Below, one piece after another: positions 36,432 to 50,600 of a stretch of 64,000 nt of DNA (position 1 is the stretch's first letter; each line of letters begins with the position of its first letter). The notes below the pieces were generated by a model. That model was not told where the DNA came from and ran no database searches. It was given only the letters and a program-made list of their open reading frames with translations. The position numbers and the translations under genes were made by a program. This DNA is from Sarea resinae (Eukaryota): positions 434,001 through 498,000 of the forward strand of contig JAPEUD010000002.1 of the NCBI GenBank assembly GCA_026026165.1. Direction: 5' to 3'.

Positions 36432-39367
36432 ATGGCCGTGATGAATTCGCAGCCACTGGACAGCAGTGCTCTTGAGCAGAAGACGATGCCCGTATCATCA
36501 CCTGATAAGATGGCGTTAGATTCAGGTATCGACGGGTGAGTCCATCACTTTCTCCTTTCCTTTAAATGTTCAATGTATTTATGAATCAATCTTTCTCTCA
36601 GTAGTGCAAAACAGAATGACTCTACTCCTGCCACCGCACCTGTTGATTCGTCCGCGCCCATTCCCGAAGCCGCTCCAATCACCCCCGCGGAGAACGTCGA
36701 AAGCCCAGCTGTCAATGGTGTGAGCGCGCTGGTAAACCTTTCCAATGGCCATGCGTCCGATACAGTGTCGCAGCAGACAACGGTACTGGATAATGAAAAG
36801 GAAACGCCAAAGACCAATGCGGAACCTACTCCAGCTGCGGCCACCAAGTTGGACTCGGCCGAGCCTACCGTCTCCGATGCGCCTGCGCCTGCACTAGATC
36901 CAACTGTGGTCAATGCGCGTGAAGCTGATCGCATCATCCCAAATATTTCTGCCTCTGAGCCCAGAGTCTCCGAAGCCTTCGGATCTCTCAATGAAGCCAA
37001 ATCGATCGGAGAAGGCGCAGGCGCCGCAGAGCCGAAGAAAGAGGTGGAATCTCAACCTTCTAGCAACGAAAAGCAACCCGATGTTTTGGAAGATGGTAGC
37101 GTAGTTCAAGCGCCCTCCACAGGGACCGAGGAAGTGGACAAAATGGATACTGCCGAGGACTCTGTGCCTGCTCCTGCGGTCTCGACAACTGAATTACCCC
37201 ATCATCCTGCAGTGCCTGCTCCTGAGGGCAAGGCCGTGGAGACCCCTGTCGATCCCGCTCCCACACCAGCACAGCCTCCTGCTACATCCCTCCATCCTGA
37301 CCGTGAGATGTTAGACGCACCAATCTCTCCTGGCAAGAATGCCCGAGAACGCGAGGACGATGAGCATGAGGATGGACCGGCGTCGAAGCGTACAAAGACC
37401 GACGAGGGCGATGCCTCAGAACCGCAATTCAAAGTCCCAGAACTACCTTCCTCGGCTGTCGCTCCAGGTTTGGCTACTGAAACGTCACCTGCCGTCGTTT
37501 CTGCCGGCTCTGGCGCAGAATCCTCTCAGCATGCTCCTGCCGAGGGTCCGCCCATCACAAAGGCTCAACATAGGTTCCTCCTCAACAGTGTTCGTGTTAT
37601 GAAACGCAGTCGAGATGGTCTTCCTTTTCTGGCGCCCGTTGATCCAATCAAGCTCGCTATTCCATCGTACCCGGAAATCGTCAAAAAGCCCATGGATTTA
37701 TCGACGATGGAGGAAAAGCTCAAGCAGAACAAATATTCTTCAGTCAATGAGTACATTTCCGACTTTCATCAGATTGTCGAGAATACTACGATTTTCAATG
37801 GCATCGAGCACGCTGTCACTAAAGCTGCGCAGAACCTGAAAACGACCTTTAACAAGCAAATGAACAACCTCCCTAAATCCGATGTCGTTGAGCCGAGCCC
37901 TGCTCAGAAGAAGGCCAAGAAGGCTACCGTGCCAAAGGCTCCATCCGCTCGCCGGGAATCGCGTGCTTCAACTGGCACTGCTCGGTCTCCCACTGGGACC
38001 GCTGGGTCTCCCCAGACGTTTGCGCTGGGTCCTCAAGGGTTACCACTCATACGTCGCGACTCCACCGCTGGAGATGGCCGGCCGAAACGGGAAATTCATC
38101 CCCCTCCACCTCGCGACCTACCATATTCGAGCGCCAAGCCAAAGAAGAAGAAGTATCAGCTCGAGTTAAAGTTTTGCGAGGAGGTTATGCGTGAGATGAA
38201 CAAACCGAAGTATCAGCAGGTCGGCTGGCCATTCTATAATCCGGTCGATCCGGTGGCTCTCAACATCCCTCATTATCATAAGATTATCAAGAAGCCTATG
38301 GATCTTGGGACCATCGGTTCTAAATTGAAGAGTGGACAGTACGAGAACGCGAAAGAATTTGAGATTGATATGCGGTTGATGTTTCAAAATTGCTACAAGT
38401 TCAATCCGCCGGCCGACCAAGTCCATCAAATGGGTAAAGAGTTTGAGCATGCCTTTGACAAAAAGTGGGAAACAAAGAAAGAATGGATTGAGGACCATGC
38501 GCCAGCCTCTGGTCCTCAAAGCCCAGGAAGCTCTCCTGAACCAGAAGATGAAGAGGACGATGACGAGCAGGAGGAAGAAGATGAGGAGGAGAACGAGATC
38601 AGCATTCTTCAGAAGCAAATTGCTGCCATGTCCAAGCAAGTAGAGATGATCAGAAAGAAGGCTTCGCCGCCAGCTCCTGTGGCCAAGAAGAGCGCGAAAG
38701 CGTCTAAGCCTGCAAAGAAGAGCAAAAAGAACGCCACGACCGTTACTATTCCGGCTAAGAGTGATAAGAAATCTAAGCCTAAAGCGAAGAAGGAGCGGAT
38801 CCCTTATGTCACATACGAGGAAAAGCAAGAGATCTCCAACCGGATCAACACGCTACCTGAGAACAAGATGGCCACTGCTCTCAAGATTATCCGGGACAAC
38901 ATGCCTAATCTTAAGGTATGTAATGAAATACCCGCGGTTTTGGTCACAAGAACTAACTCTCCCCAGGGTGTTGATGATGAAGAGCTTGAGCTAGACATTG
39001 ATGAACTCTCTAACGAAGTCCTCTACAAGCTTCTTGGCTTTGTACGAAGATATGCGCCAGGTGGCCCGGATGATGATCAGTCAGGCTCAGTTCGTCCTAC
39101 TATCGAATCTGTGCCGAAGGGGAATTCCTCTAAACCAAAGAAGAATAAGCCGATGAGCAAGTATGAACAGGAGGCGAGGATCAGTGAGCTTCAAGGCAGA
39201 CTGAAGGGATTTCAGAACGCCGGCTCTGACGAATCACCCGAACCTAGTAAGTCAGGATCTGACCCCTCATCCTGGCAGCTATTAACATGTTCGCAGCTGG
39301 TCATGGAGGCGGGGAAGAATCAAGCGAAGACGACAGTGATAGCGGTTCTGAGAGTGAGGAAGAGTAG
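36432..39367 (+). CDS. bdf1: BET-family double bromodomain + ET protein Bdf1
   Basis: join(36432..36535,36602..38915,38967..39246,39297..39367). BD1 FLAPVDPIKLAIPSYPEIVKKPMDL, BD2 WPFYNPVDPVALNIPHYHKIIKKPMDL...NCYKFN, ET domain VTYEEKQEIS...ELELDIDEL, SEED tail. Confidence 0.95.
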
Positions 39368-40303
39368 ACTAGTCTTCTTCTGCCTCTATCAAACGTTTCG
39401 AGAATCACTGTACAGTCTCTCGTCAAGTCTTCCGTCAAGTCTTACATCTTGCCTTGTGTCGACAGAGCTCCTACGGCGAATCCTTCTCGATCGGATATTC
39501 TCCTGCGATGGGTTGTTCTGTCTTTATGGACAGAACTGTTGTCCGCCACCTTGGCCGAACCCCAAACCAGCGTCAGCTTCAGCTTCTTCGAAGTTCTTAC
39601 CTTGGTCGCAGAACTTTTAGCTGCGGAAGTCATTTATGTAGATACGCAATTTTCTTCGGCTTCTTGTCACATAGAATCTCTATCGTCTTTTAATATTTCT
39701 TTTTCTTTGGCGATGGTTATGAAAGTCATGAATGGAATGGGCTTTCAGGGATTCTCTCTGCTTTGGGATCTAAGCGGGGCAGCGATGTGATAAGGACGGT
39801 GCTGGAGGGTTTCAAAAGAGCGTTGAGCGTTAGATGTAGCAATATCATATGTACAACAGGAGACGATCCACTTGACCAAATGGGAGTTTCTGTGATAGAT
39901 ATGTGTGCGCAGTATGGTATGGTGAGCGTGAGTCGTGGTGATTCCTTGATATACTTTGGTTTCTATATATTTTCGGTAGGACTTCGAAGTACCCATAGAA
40001 GAACTGAGCCTCCCTCAGGTAACTTTGTACTCCGCACGCAAAATCGGTGAAGGCTAGACCAGAGCAAGGACGTGGGAGCTACTAGTACTACACCCAAAAC
40101 GCGTCGACCATTCATCTTTTGCGACCAGCATAGCTTCCAATTGTCTTGCGTCCGTCTCTACCACCAGGCTCTCGTTCAGCAACCGACCACTATCATCTCA
40201 CCTATCAAGCCATCGAACGAGCCTCAAGTACCCTACATCGAAGCGCATTTTTCCTCCGAACCAGGTGCGACACTCTCGCACGGCAAGTTCACATCTTTCC
40301 GCC

Positions 40304-41870
<1,567 letters not shown>

Positions 41871-42406
41871 ACGCCGGATGCAGAAAATCAAGAAGATCAT
41901 GGGGCGCTCTTTGTCTATCTCTCTGTCTGACTTCAGTGCTGCCGAGATCTTGAATCTCATGGGCGTGGTGGGGTGGGGTTTATTTATTGTGTTTTAGCTA
42001 CGGGTAGGCAATTCAATTTAGATTCATGGGGTGTCGGGATTCGATGCGCGGTGTAGACTGAGTGCTGGGGAGGCGGGAGCGAGACCGAAGCCGAGAGCTC
42101 TGTCGGAGGCGGGCAGCTGGCTAACCCACATCACACACACATCACAGCCAAGCCCTACCAACGAGGGGGCAACCCACCTCTTCTTTCGAACGCTTTGGAC
42201 GAGTGAAGCCATCGTACCATCAGAGACGGACGGCATGCTAGAGCTCGCCCCTTGGCGTCACACAGGCCTCAGCCGTCGAAGCTCTTATGTATCGTTCCCT
42301 TCCCACGCTTCACTCTCTTTCAAACCAGCACAAGGCTACTCAATGAGCAAGCTCACGAGTACTGCGTAAGCCGGCAAGCCAGCAAGCACCGTGAGCACAA
42401 CACACA

Positions 42407-43334
42407 ATGGCGTCGATACCAGATGCCGCCTTCATCGTAGCCATCAGCGGCTGTTCTTCTAGTGGCAAGACCACGCTCGCCCGCATCCTGCGCGACATCT
42501 TCCCCTGCACATGTATTGTGCACGAAGATGACTTTTATAAACCCGACGACCAGTACGTCTTTCGTTGTTGTTATTGCTACTGTTGTTGCTGTGTTTGTTT
42601 TTTATTTTTATGATAATCTGTTGCCACCCATCAAGCCCGCTCTCTAACGTCACGTATGATGAAGGATCCCCATCAAGAACGGCGTGCAGGACTGGGACTG
42701 CGCGGGCGCCATCGACATCCCGCAGCTGACGTCCACATTCGCCCACATCCACGCCGACGGCGAGCTCCCGGCCACGCACCACTCGAAGGAAGACCAGAAC
42801 GCGACGGGGCCGTCTCCAATCGCGGCGCGCGTGCTCGAGGCCCACCAGCGCGCCGTGCGGGAGTGGAGCACGTTCGGCGTCGGCGCGGGCACGCTCGGGG
42901 CCAAGAAATCGCTCGTGCTGCTCGACGGCTTCCTGCTGTACTCGGCGCCCTTCGAGGAGGTGCAGGACTATTTCGACCTGAAGCTGTTCCTGCGCACGAC
43001 GCGGGCGACGCTGAAGGCGCGCCGCGAGGGCCGCGCCGGCTACGTGACGCTCGCGGGTTTCTGGCAGGATCCGCCCGGCTACGTCGACGATGTCGTCTGG
43101 CCCAACTACGAGGCCGATCACGCGTTCTTGTTCGAGGACGGCGACGTCGAGGGCCGCGTCGATAGGGGGGTGGCGCACAAGCAGGAGATCGAGGTTGCGC
43201 CCGGCGTCGGGAATGAGAGTATGGAGGAGCTCGTGAGTTGGGCGGTCGAGCTCATCAAGCATGCGCTTGTCGAGAAGGACAAGAGAAAGATTGGGTTGCA
43301 CACGGATGGCATGATGGTCGATGGTACGAGCTGA
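42407..43334 (+). CDS. nrk1: Nicotinamide riboside kinase
   Basis: join(42407..42552,42665..43334). P-loop ISGCSSSGKTT, HEDDFYK, DWDC, LDGFLLY, RR..R.GYVT..GFWQDPPGY..VVWPNY. Confidence 0.9.
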
Positions 43335-43727
43335 AATGCGATTACGTTGGCATACAAGGAAGGGATTCCGCCTGCGTCGTCAGGAGGCAGTGCCAGATTT
43401 CCGATGCGGTTTGCCTACACCGAGATCGAACGATGGATATCTCGCAAACAATGTAACCTATGAGCTCTCAATGCTGCAATTGGCTATTAAGGGAGCTCTC
43501 GTACGGGACTTGAGATATATTTGCCATTATTCCTTTCATTCACTAGGATCAAGAACGACAACGTCGAGGCCGGCTGAGAGGACAAACAAGGAGCTGGATA
43601 TACAGTTTAGATAAAAAGAAAGAAAAGAAAAAAGCAAAGAGCGCGATGCAGGATGCCCCGGTACCCTTTCCATTGCAATCCATTCCACCCAAAGAAACAA
43701 AAAACGTAGAGACTCCACATCCGCTTC

Positions 43728-44705
43728 CTAACGGAATTTGCTGACGACAACGGCGACGATGAGAAGGACCAGGACTGTGATGATAGCAATAGTAATTATC
43801 CGATTCGTAGCCATCCTGGTAGGCGCAGCAAGTAGCAGCGAGTCAGCCAGGTGTACTTTTTCCCATCGCTCAAACCAAACGCGACAGGGATCGACATTGT
43901 GAATTGTTGGGGATGGGAGGAAAATTACCTACGAGCCATCCCCCTGAGGCGATTGATACTGGTATCGACGTAGCCCTCGCTCTGCTGCAGATTGGCATGG
44001 GTGTGCAGGATGGTCTCGCGCTGGCCGGTCAGGTCGGCCAGGGTGTTACGGCCGATGTCCTCCGTCTCGAGGGCGATGCGATGGCTGTCCTTGAGGCGCT
44101 GGGAGCTGCGGTCGAGGCGCTCGGTGCCGGAGAGCAGCTGTTGGCGCTGTTCGAGGTTGGCGTCGACGCCGTTGGGGTTGTCGCTGTAGCGGCTGCCGAA
44201 CAGCGCGCTGCGGTCGTCGGAGAGCGACTTGAGCTTGCGTTTCGCCACGTCGACGTCGGTCTCGAAGTTGCGGAATCGTTGGTTCGTTTTCGTCCGCGTG
44301 CTTGCGGGGATGTTCTGTTTCTCGATGCGCATCTGGTCGAGCTGGATTGTTCCATCTACATTAGCATGCCGTTGTTGTTGTTGGGGACATAGTGGAGTCT
44401 GGGAGGGCTGGGATTCGTGTGGAGCAGCTCAGATGTCGTGATTCCAGCGCAAGTTGAGAAACTGGGATGGAAAGTGTGACGATGGCTCTCATTTTTGTTG
44501 ATCGCATGGGTAGTGGGGAGCTCACCAGCTCGTTTGCCTCCTCGAGGGCCCGCTCGGCTTGTCGCACGGCCGCCTTTCTGGGTTCGCCGGAGAGCTCGGG
44601 GATCTGGTCGAGCTGCTGGGTCAAGTCGGCCTGGACGAGCTTGAGCTCGGCCTCGTAGCTGGCGAAGAGCTCGGAGCCAGCGTCGGTGTCTAATGGGTTC
44701 GCCAT
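43728..44705 (-). CDS. vti1: Qb-SNARE Vti1
   Basis: complement join(44526..44705,43929..44341,43728..43815). MANPLDTDAGSELFASYE, SNARE motif QRQQLLSGTERL...ETEDIG...QRETI, C-terminal TM MATNRIITIAIITVLVLLIVAVVVSKFR. Confidence 0.95.
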
Positions 44706-45373
44706 TGTGAGGGAGGAATGCGGTGGGATTTAGGCAGCGGGGAACAGAGGAGAGGAAGACGATGCGCGGCGGGTATGTCGGTCGTCTGTTGAAAGGAGGA
44801 GAGGAAGGTGGTGATGTGGCTGCTTATCTTCCGGAAGAGGTCGTGAGGGTCAATTACGGTGGTTGTCCATTGAACGCTGACGGCTGACGACGGTGCCTGT
44901 TGGTGATGGCGATGGCGATGGAGATGGCGTTACAGCGTGAACGGTCAGGATGACTACGGCTGCCGAAGCGGCCAGGTACGAACACCAATGACGCACACCC
45001 GCACATGCTTCACTTTCACTCATCAGGAACAACAACAACAAACCTGGAAATCACTGACGTTGCGCAACTTGAGCAATACATGATGGGCAGCGGAAGTCTG
45101 AACCCATTCTACGGATGCCTCCAGTCTCGATCGATCTCATTGCTGCCAGGATATTCTCAAATCATTCATCGTCGTTGCGTGCTTGGAGCAGGGATCAGAA
45201 GCAGATCCCGCCTTGCAGAAAGTCTACGCATCATCACCAGCACGGCTTACATTCCTTGAGGCTTGACCCCACCGCTTCCACGTTGACCCTTCAACATTTC
45301 TCACACCACTGACATATCAGCAACTGACCGCAGCTGTTTCTCTCTTCTCGACTTTCGAGTCGAATTAATACCC

Positions 45374-47082
45374 ATGCACAAGAAAAGGGTGGCCATTGTC
45401 GGCAGTGGCTGCGCAGGCTTAGGCGCGCTCTGGGCCCTTCGTCGTACCGGCCACGAAGTTCATCTCTACGAAGCCGCCGACCGACTGGGCGGCCACACCA
45501 ACACCGTGACCTTTCACCATGGAGACGACCAGGTCGAAGTCGACACGGGCTTCATCGTGTTCAACACTGCCACATACCGTCAGTATTCTCGCTAGATTCC
45601 GCGCATCGCATAAAGCCAGGCGCTCATTCTCCGTAGCAAACTTCATTGCCTTTCTCAAAGAAATTGGGGTTCCTATTACCCCTACCGAGATGACCTTTGG
45701 CGTCTCGAGAGATCAGGGAGCGTTTGAATGGGCGGGCACCTCGTTGTCGGCTGTGTTTGCGCAGCGATCGAACATCTTCCGGCCGAGCATGTGGCGGATG
45801 CTTTTCGACATCATCCGGTTCAATCAGTTCGCCTTGGACCTTCTATCGGAGTCCAGTGGTGAAGACACGGATTTGACCATAGGCGAATACCTCGACCGAG
45901 AAGGATATTCTCAGAGCTTCCGAGACGACTATCTAATACCCATGACAGCCGCCGTCTGGAGCACCAGTCCTGACAAGTGCGCTTTGGAATTTCCTGCCGT
46001 CACACTCGTTCGCTTCCTATGGAATCACCATCTTCTGAGCACTATCAGCGCCAGACCGCAATGGCTGACCATCAAAGGCGGAGCTCAACAATACATAGAT
46101 GCCGTGATGAAAGACTTTCCCAAGAGCAACTCACATCTGAATTGTCCAATCCAGTCTCTGCGCAATGACTCAATTGGCAAGGTCGTGCTTACATTGCCGG
46201 ATGGTTCAGAAGAGACTTTCGATCATGTCATCTTGGCCACCCACGGTGATCAGGCCTTGGACATCATCCGCGACAGCGCCACGCGAGAAGAGAAAGACAT
46301 TCTCGACGCCTTTAAGACAAGCCCCAACGTTGCAGTCATGCACTCGGATCTCAAGGTACGCCACATCAGACCGCCTCCCCACTCTGTCCACTGTATCCAG
46401 TCTTGAGTGCTGCCCCCCATCCACCCTCCATTTTCCTCGCACGTATCTACACCCTCTCTCATCTAGTCACCATGCCAACTCCCCCAAACAGCTAATGCCC
46501 CGTCGCCCCGTCGCCTGGTCCGCCTGGAACTACCTAACGCAGACCCTGCCCACCTCACCATCCACCTCCACATCCCCACGCAGTCCCCCACAAGTCTCCC
46601 TAACCTACAACATGAACACCCTCCAACACATCCCGACGGCCAAATACGGGCCCGTCCTCGTGACGCTGAATCCGCCCTTCGCGCCCGCCGCAGACAAGAC
46701 CGCCTACACAACCACGTACGCGCACCCGCTGTACAACGCGGCCGCGATTCGGGCCCAGCAACACCTCGCGCGCATCCAGGACACGCGCGGCATCGGCTAC
46801 GCGGGCGCCTGGACCAAGTTCGGCTTTCACGAGGATGGCTTCACGAGCGGGCTCCGGGCCGCTGGAGTCCCGGCCTTGGGCGGCACCGTCGGCTTTGAGG
46901 TCGTGGATGCCGAGTTTGTCAGGGGCAGGGAGCCGGGCACGAGGGGCTGCGCGAGGGAGTCGCTGAGGCGTTTGATTGCGGGCGTCCAGGGTCTGATTTG
47001 GCTGGTCGGTTGGCTGGTGGGCTTGTTCTCGGGCCAGGGAGTTGCGGCTCGGGAGAGGGAGAAGGTGCGGAAAGTGCAGTAG
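45374..47082 (+). CDS. FAD-dependent oxidoreductase, amine-oxidase superfamily (COG2907-type)
   Basis: join(45374..45578,45637..46355,46492..47082). Dinucleotide fold [58 protein letters not shown]. Confidence 0.9.
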
Positions 47083-47292
47083 AGAGGACAGAAGTATGGA
47101 GAGAGAGAGGAAGACACAGATAGATGCTGGCTATGAAGCCAAATGCTGGCAGGTTGACATCAAATACCTAGATTCAAGAAGAAAAAGATACCTCGCATTC
47201 ATTTTCTCATGTCGCTGTCTTTCAGGTCTTCGGTTTCTCAATATGCTCAGTTAGATATTTGGTAAGATAGATAAAGTACATGTATTTTCATT

Positions 47293-49645
47293 TCATTTCA
47301 ACAACAAGCCCTTGACATCGGCGACGGCGACCCTAGCGCCCTTCTTCAGCGTGGCCTTCTTGTCGGCCTCGCGAAAGGGGTCGAAGGCGTCGAGGCCGTC
47401 GCGGGCCTGGATGGCCAAGGTCTCGTAGCCGCCGCGGATGACGCGGTTGACCTCGCGCGGGCTCAGCGTCTTCATGCGCGACTGGCCCTTTTCGCTCGCG
47501 AGCAGGTCTGTGTAGTGGGCGGAGACGGCGACGAGGGTGTCGATGGCGTTGGTGGCGGCGCGCTGGGCGGCCAGGTCGTAGGCGTCGCGGAAGCGCACGA
47601 GCGTGTCGCCCGCCTCGACGAGCTTGTAGAAGAGGTCGTCGTACGAGGCCGCGTCCGGGAGGAAGGCGTCGCCCGCCGAGAGCGCAAAGGCGATCACGTT
47701 GACGAGCCCGTCGAGCAGCCGTCCGACGTCGCTGAGCGGTTTGATGTCCGCCGCGTACGTCGTCAGGAAGCGGATGAGCGAGAGCAGAGACCGCCAGAGC
47801 TCGGACCAGTGGTAGGCTGTTGTGGGAGATGGTGGGTCGAGGGTCAGATGCGGCCGAAGTGTGTGGTGGACGGGGGGAAGCAGGGGTTGGAACATGTAAA
47901 GACATACCTAGTCGGATGCGAGATCTCGTGAGGAAGGAGATTATACGTAAGAGGAGGCCGACACAGTTACTTGGCCAGCAGCGTTAGCCTTCAGGCACCG
48001 GGTATCAGGCGTAAAGACGAGCTTACCTGTACAGGACTACGTCAAGACGTCGGCGTAAGTTGTGGTTGATTCCGTCAATCATGGTGTCGAGGATTGCGCC
48101 AGCCAGGACGCGCTCGCCTCGGATCAGGGGCAGATACGGTTGTCTTTGTCGACATAGCCGGACAGGTATCTTGCTCTCGTCGCTACAGATGCGCTTGCAG
48201 AGGACTGGGTCCTCGACGAGGATCTGAAGGATGAATAGGTTGAGGTAGACGTAAAAGGACGATCGAGTAGACCGGTGGGCATGTTGTAGGAGGTACGAGG
48301 TGAAAGAAAGGAACCCTCCAAAAGCGCTTTCTCCCTGCTTCTCCTCCGCTGGTAGTGATACAAGATTGAAGCAAAACAGCTTATTTGCGTGCACAAAATC
48401 ATACGCCGACAATAGCACTGCTGCTTCTGGGCCGGGTCTGCAGAGGTCAGTCAAATCAGCTGCTCGGTGAAGAGATGAATAGACTCACAATTCCGCAAAG
48501 AGAACCTTTGCAACGTCCGGGTTCGGAGCTTGCTGCGGCTTTGTGCTCGATGTCAACGCACCCAAACCCAACATGGACAATGTGCCACCAAAACTCCATC
48601 CCTCGGGCAGGTCGTCCTGAACGGCGACATATCCGTCCCTGAGTGACGAGCACGTAGATCCTACACATCTGACTATTCTTTGTATCGTAGCTTCATTGAC
48701 GAAGTCATCCAGTCGTAGCCGGTAAGGGTTTTGAAATTCGAATTTGTTATAATTGGCCAAAAGGCCGAGGAGAACGAAAGGCTCAAATGCTCGAGAATGG
48801 GTATCAGAATCTTGAATGTACTGGAACAGGTGAGCGTTGAGTGGTCACAGAGAGAAGGCGGATACCGACCTTCATGAGAGAAGGGAAGAGATCGCGATGT
48901 GTGAAATATGAGATGAGACCGGTCTGATATGCGCCCGAGGTCACGGAAAGAGCCACTTCGACAGCTTTCTGGCGGAGTTCCACTACACCGGTCAGCCTCG
49001 TCGACGACACCCTCTACTGGCCACTTACGAGTCCTGCCATTCCGAATGATGACATCCAATGCGCCGACAAACTCTGTGAAGATCGAGTCCGCCAGGTCGA
49101 GTCCAGCGAGTACGGAGATGATGTCGGAGCTCGGGTTGGTGTATTTCTTGGTCAGGACGCTGCCTAGGAAGACTGTCAAGGTCTGGCTTGTGAGCCTATG
49201 GGGGCCTGTGAGCGGGGGTCCAGATGGCCGGCTTACATCGAGTGCTATCTCATCTGAGGGAGCGGCGCCGACTTTGATGCGATGGATTGCGCGAGAGAAG
49301 AGCTGCCGGGTTTGCGCCTGTGGTTGAAGATCAGCCAACAGCAATGGGGCGATGGACATGTGCGTCTCTGACCTGCTGGTGGAGAAGCTCGTCTGCACTT
49401 CGGTCGGCAAGAATATGCTGCAGATTGGCCTTGTCGGGCTTCAGCAGAAAGAATTCTTGCCAGAAGCCCTCGGACTTTTCTAGATCATGGTCATCCTAGA
49501 AGATGATCAGTTATCCCTTTCTCCTTGCTCATGACGAGCGTGCGAGTGCGTGCGTGCGAACCTCGAAGAGAACCTCATAGAGCTGAACGATCTTGGGCTG
49601 AAAGGTCTCTGGTCTGGCTTCCTGCGTGAGCGGAGATGGATCCAT
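47293..49645 (-). CDS. ARMH3/C10orf76 (UPF0668, DUF1741) armadillo-like protein
   Basis: Eight exons: 49562..49645, 49237..49495, 49029..49182, 48870..48982, 48489..48820, 48027..48437, 47908..47969, 47293..47816 (all GT-AG, frame kept). PKIVQLYE, FWQEFFLL, LLANYNKFEFQNPY, YHWSELW..L, GDAFLP..SYDDLFYKL. Confidence 0.85.
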
Positions 49646-49986
49646 GTCATGGGCCTAGGGTCGGGATGAGAATGAGGACGAGGACGAGGACGAAGGCGAG
49701 AACGATGAGACGGGCATTGGATCAATTAATTCAGTCCAGAGGGTTTGGTGTCACAGTCCCTTCGGACACTTGTAGCTGGCTGTCTGTCACGGCCGACTGG
49801 TATGTGCGCATTCGAGATGACTGATTGATTGATCGATCGACTGACGACGACAGATACGCGTCCGGACGGGAAAGTGAATTGATGGCACTCGACACTGGGC
49901 TCGACACTCGACGCGGGAATGGCAAGTGGACGCTGCCGACGTCCTCCAACCGGCTCGGGTTGCCCTGTCCGCTCACGACCGCCACG

Positions 49987-50064
49987 GGTCACGTGCTACC
50001 CATCAGCCTTCCCCGACGAGTCTTGATCCGGGAGATATGATCATCCGGACACGCGCACGTGACC
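49987..50064. promoter_or_regulatory. Pair of inverted GTCACGTG E-boxes (Cbf1/bHLH-type)
   Basis: GGTCACGTGC at 49987-49996 and its exact reverse complement GCACGTGACC at 50055-50064, in the ARMH3/isa1 divergent promoter. Confidence 0.5.
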
Positions 50065-50267
50065 AACATGACCATTTGGATCCATGCATGCAACCAACGT
50101 GGCGATCATGAGATCAATAAGGTACCTACGTAGTACTACATACTCCGATAATGAGATCAATGATGGATCACTCTGCACTCTTCATGTACTCCGGAGTATG
50201 TACTCGGTAGTATGCAGTACAATCAGTCAACCGCGAGAAGACTCGTGGGGTCGTGGAGACCGCCTTT

Positions 50268-50289
50268 CCAATGCCGCCCCCCTCATTGG
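50268..50289. promoter_or_regulatory. Overlapping double CBC:HapX motif (CCAAT-N12-ATTGG)
   Basis: CCAAT GCCGCCCCCCTC ATTGG satisfies CSAAT-N12-RWT on both strands; about 310 bp upstream of isa1. Confidence 0.7.
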
Positions 50290-50600
50290 CCCTCCACCGC
50301 CCTGATGAGCTCGGCTGTTCATCGTCGACCACACTACCAGGTACCGGAGCAAAGTACCTTTCTGGCTGGTAATGCAACGGCGTCAGTGAACGCACATCCA
50401 TGAATCCCGTCTGTCCATCCATCCATCACCAGAATCATCCGACTCTCCTCTCTTCTCTCTCCCAACAGAATCACCTCCCTTTTATATCTTGTACCGTCCA
50501 TCCATCTCCCCTCCTCTCCTCTCCCTTCCTCTTCTCTCGCGCACGCATCAGATCACTTCGACCGCTCTTTGTCTGCCGCCGTCGCAGCTCCACTGCCGCC

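Noticed and set aside
39247..39620. C-terminal extension of Bdf1 shown in the ORF track
   Set aside because: Read-through of intron 39247-39296; splicing gives the expected acidic SEED tail ending at 39367.
42459..43301. 280-aa antisense ORF over nrk1
   Set aside because: Shadow frame produced by strong GC3 bias of the real gene; no independent motifs.
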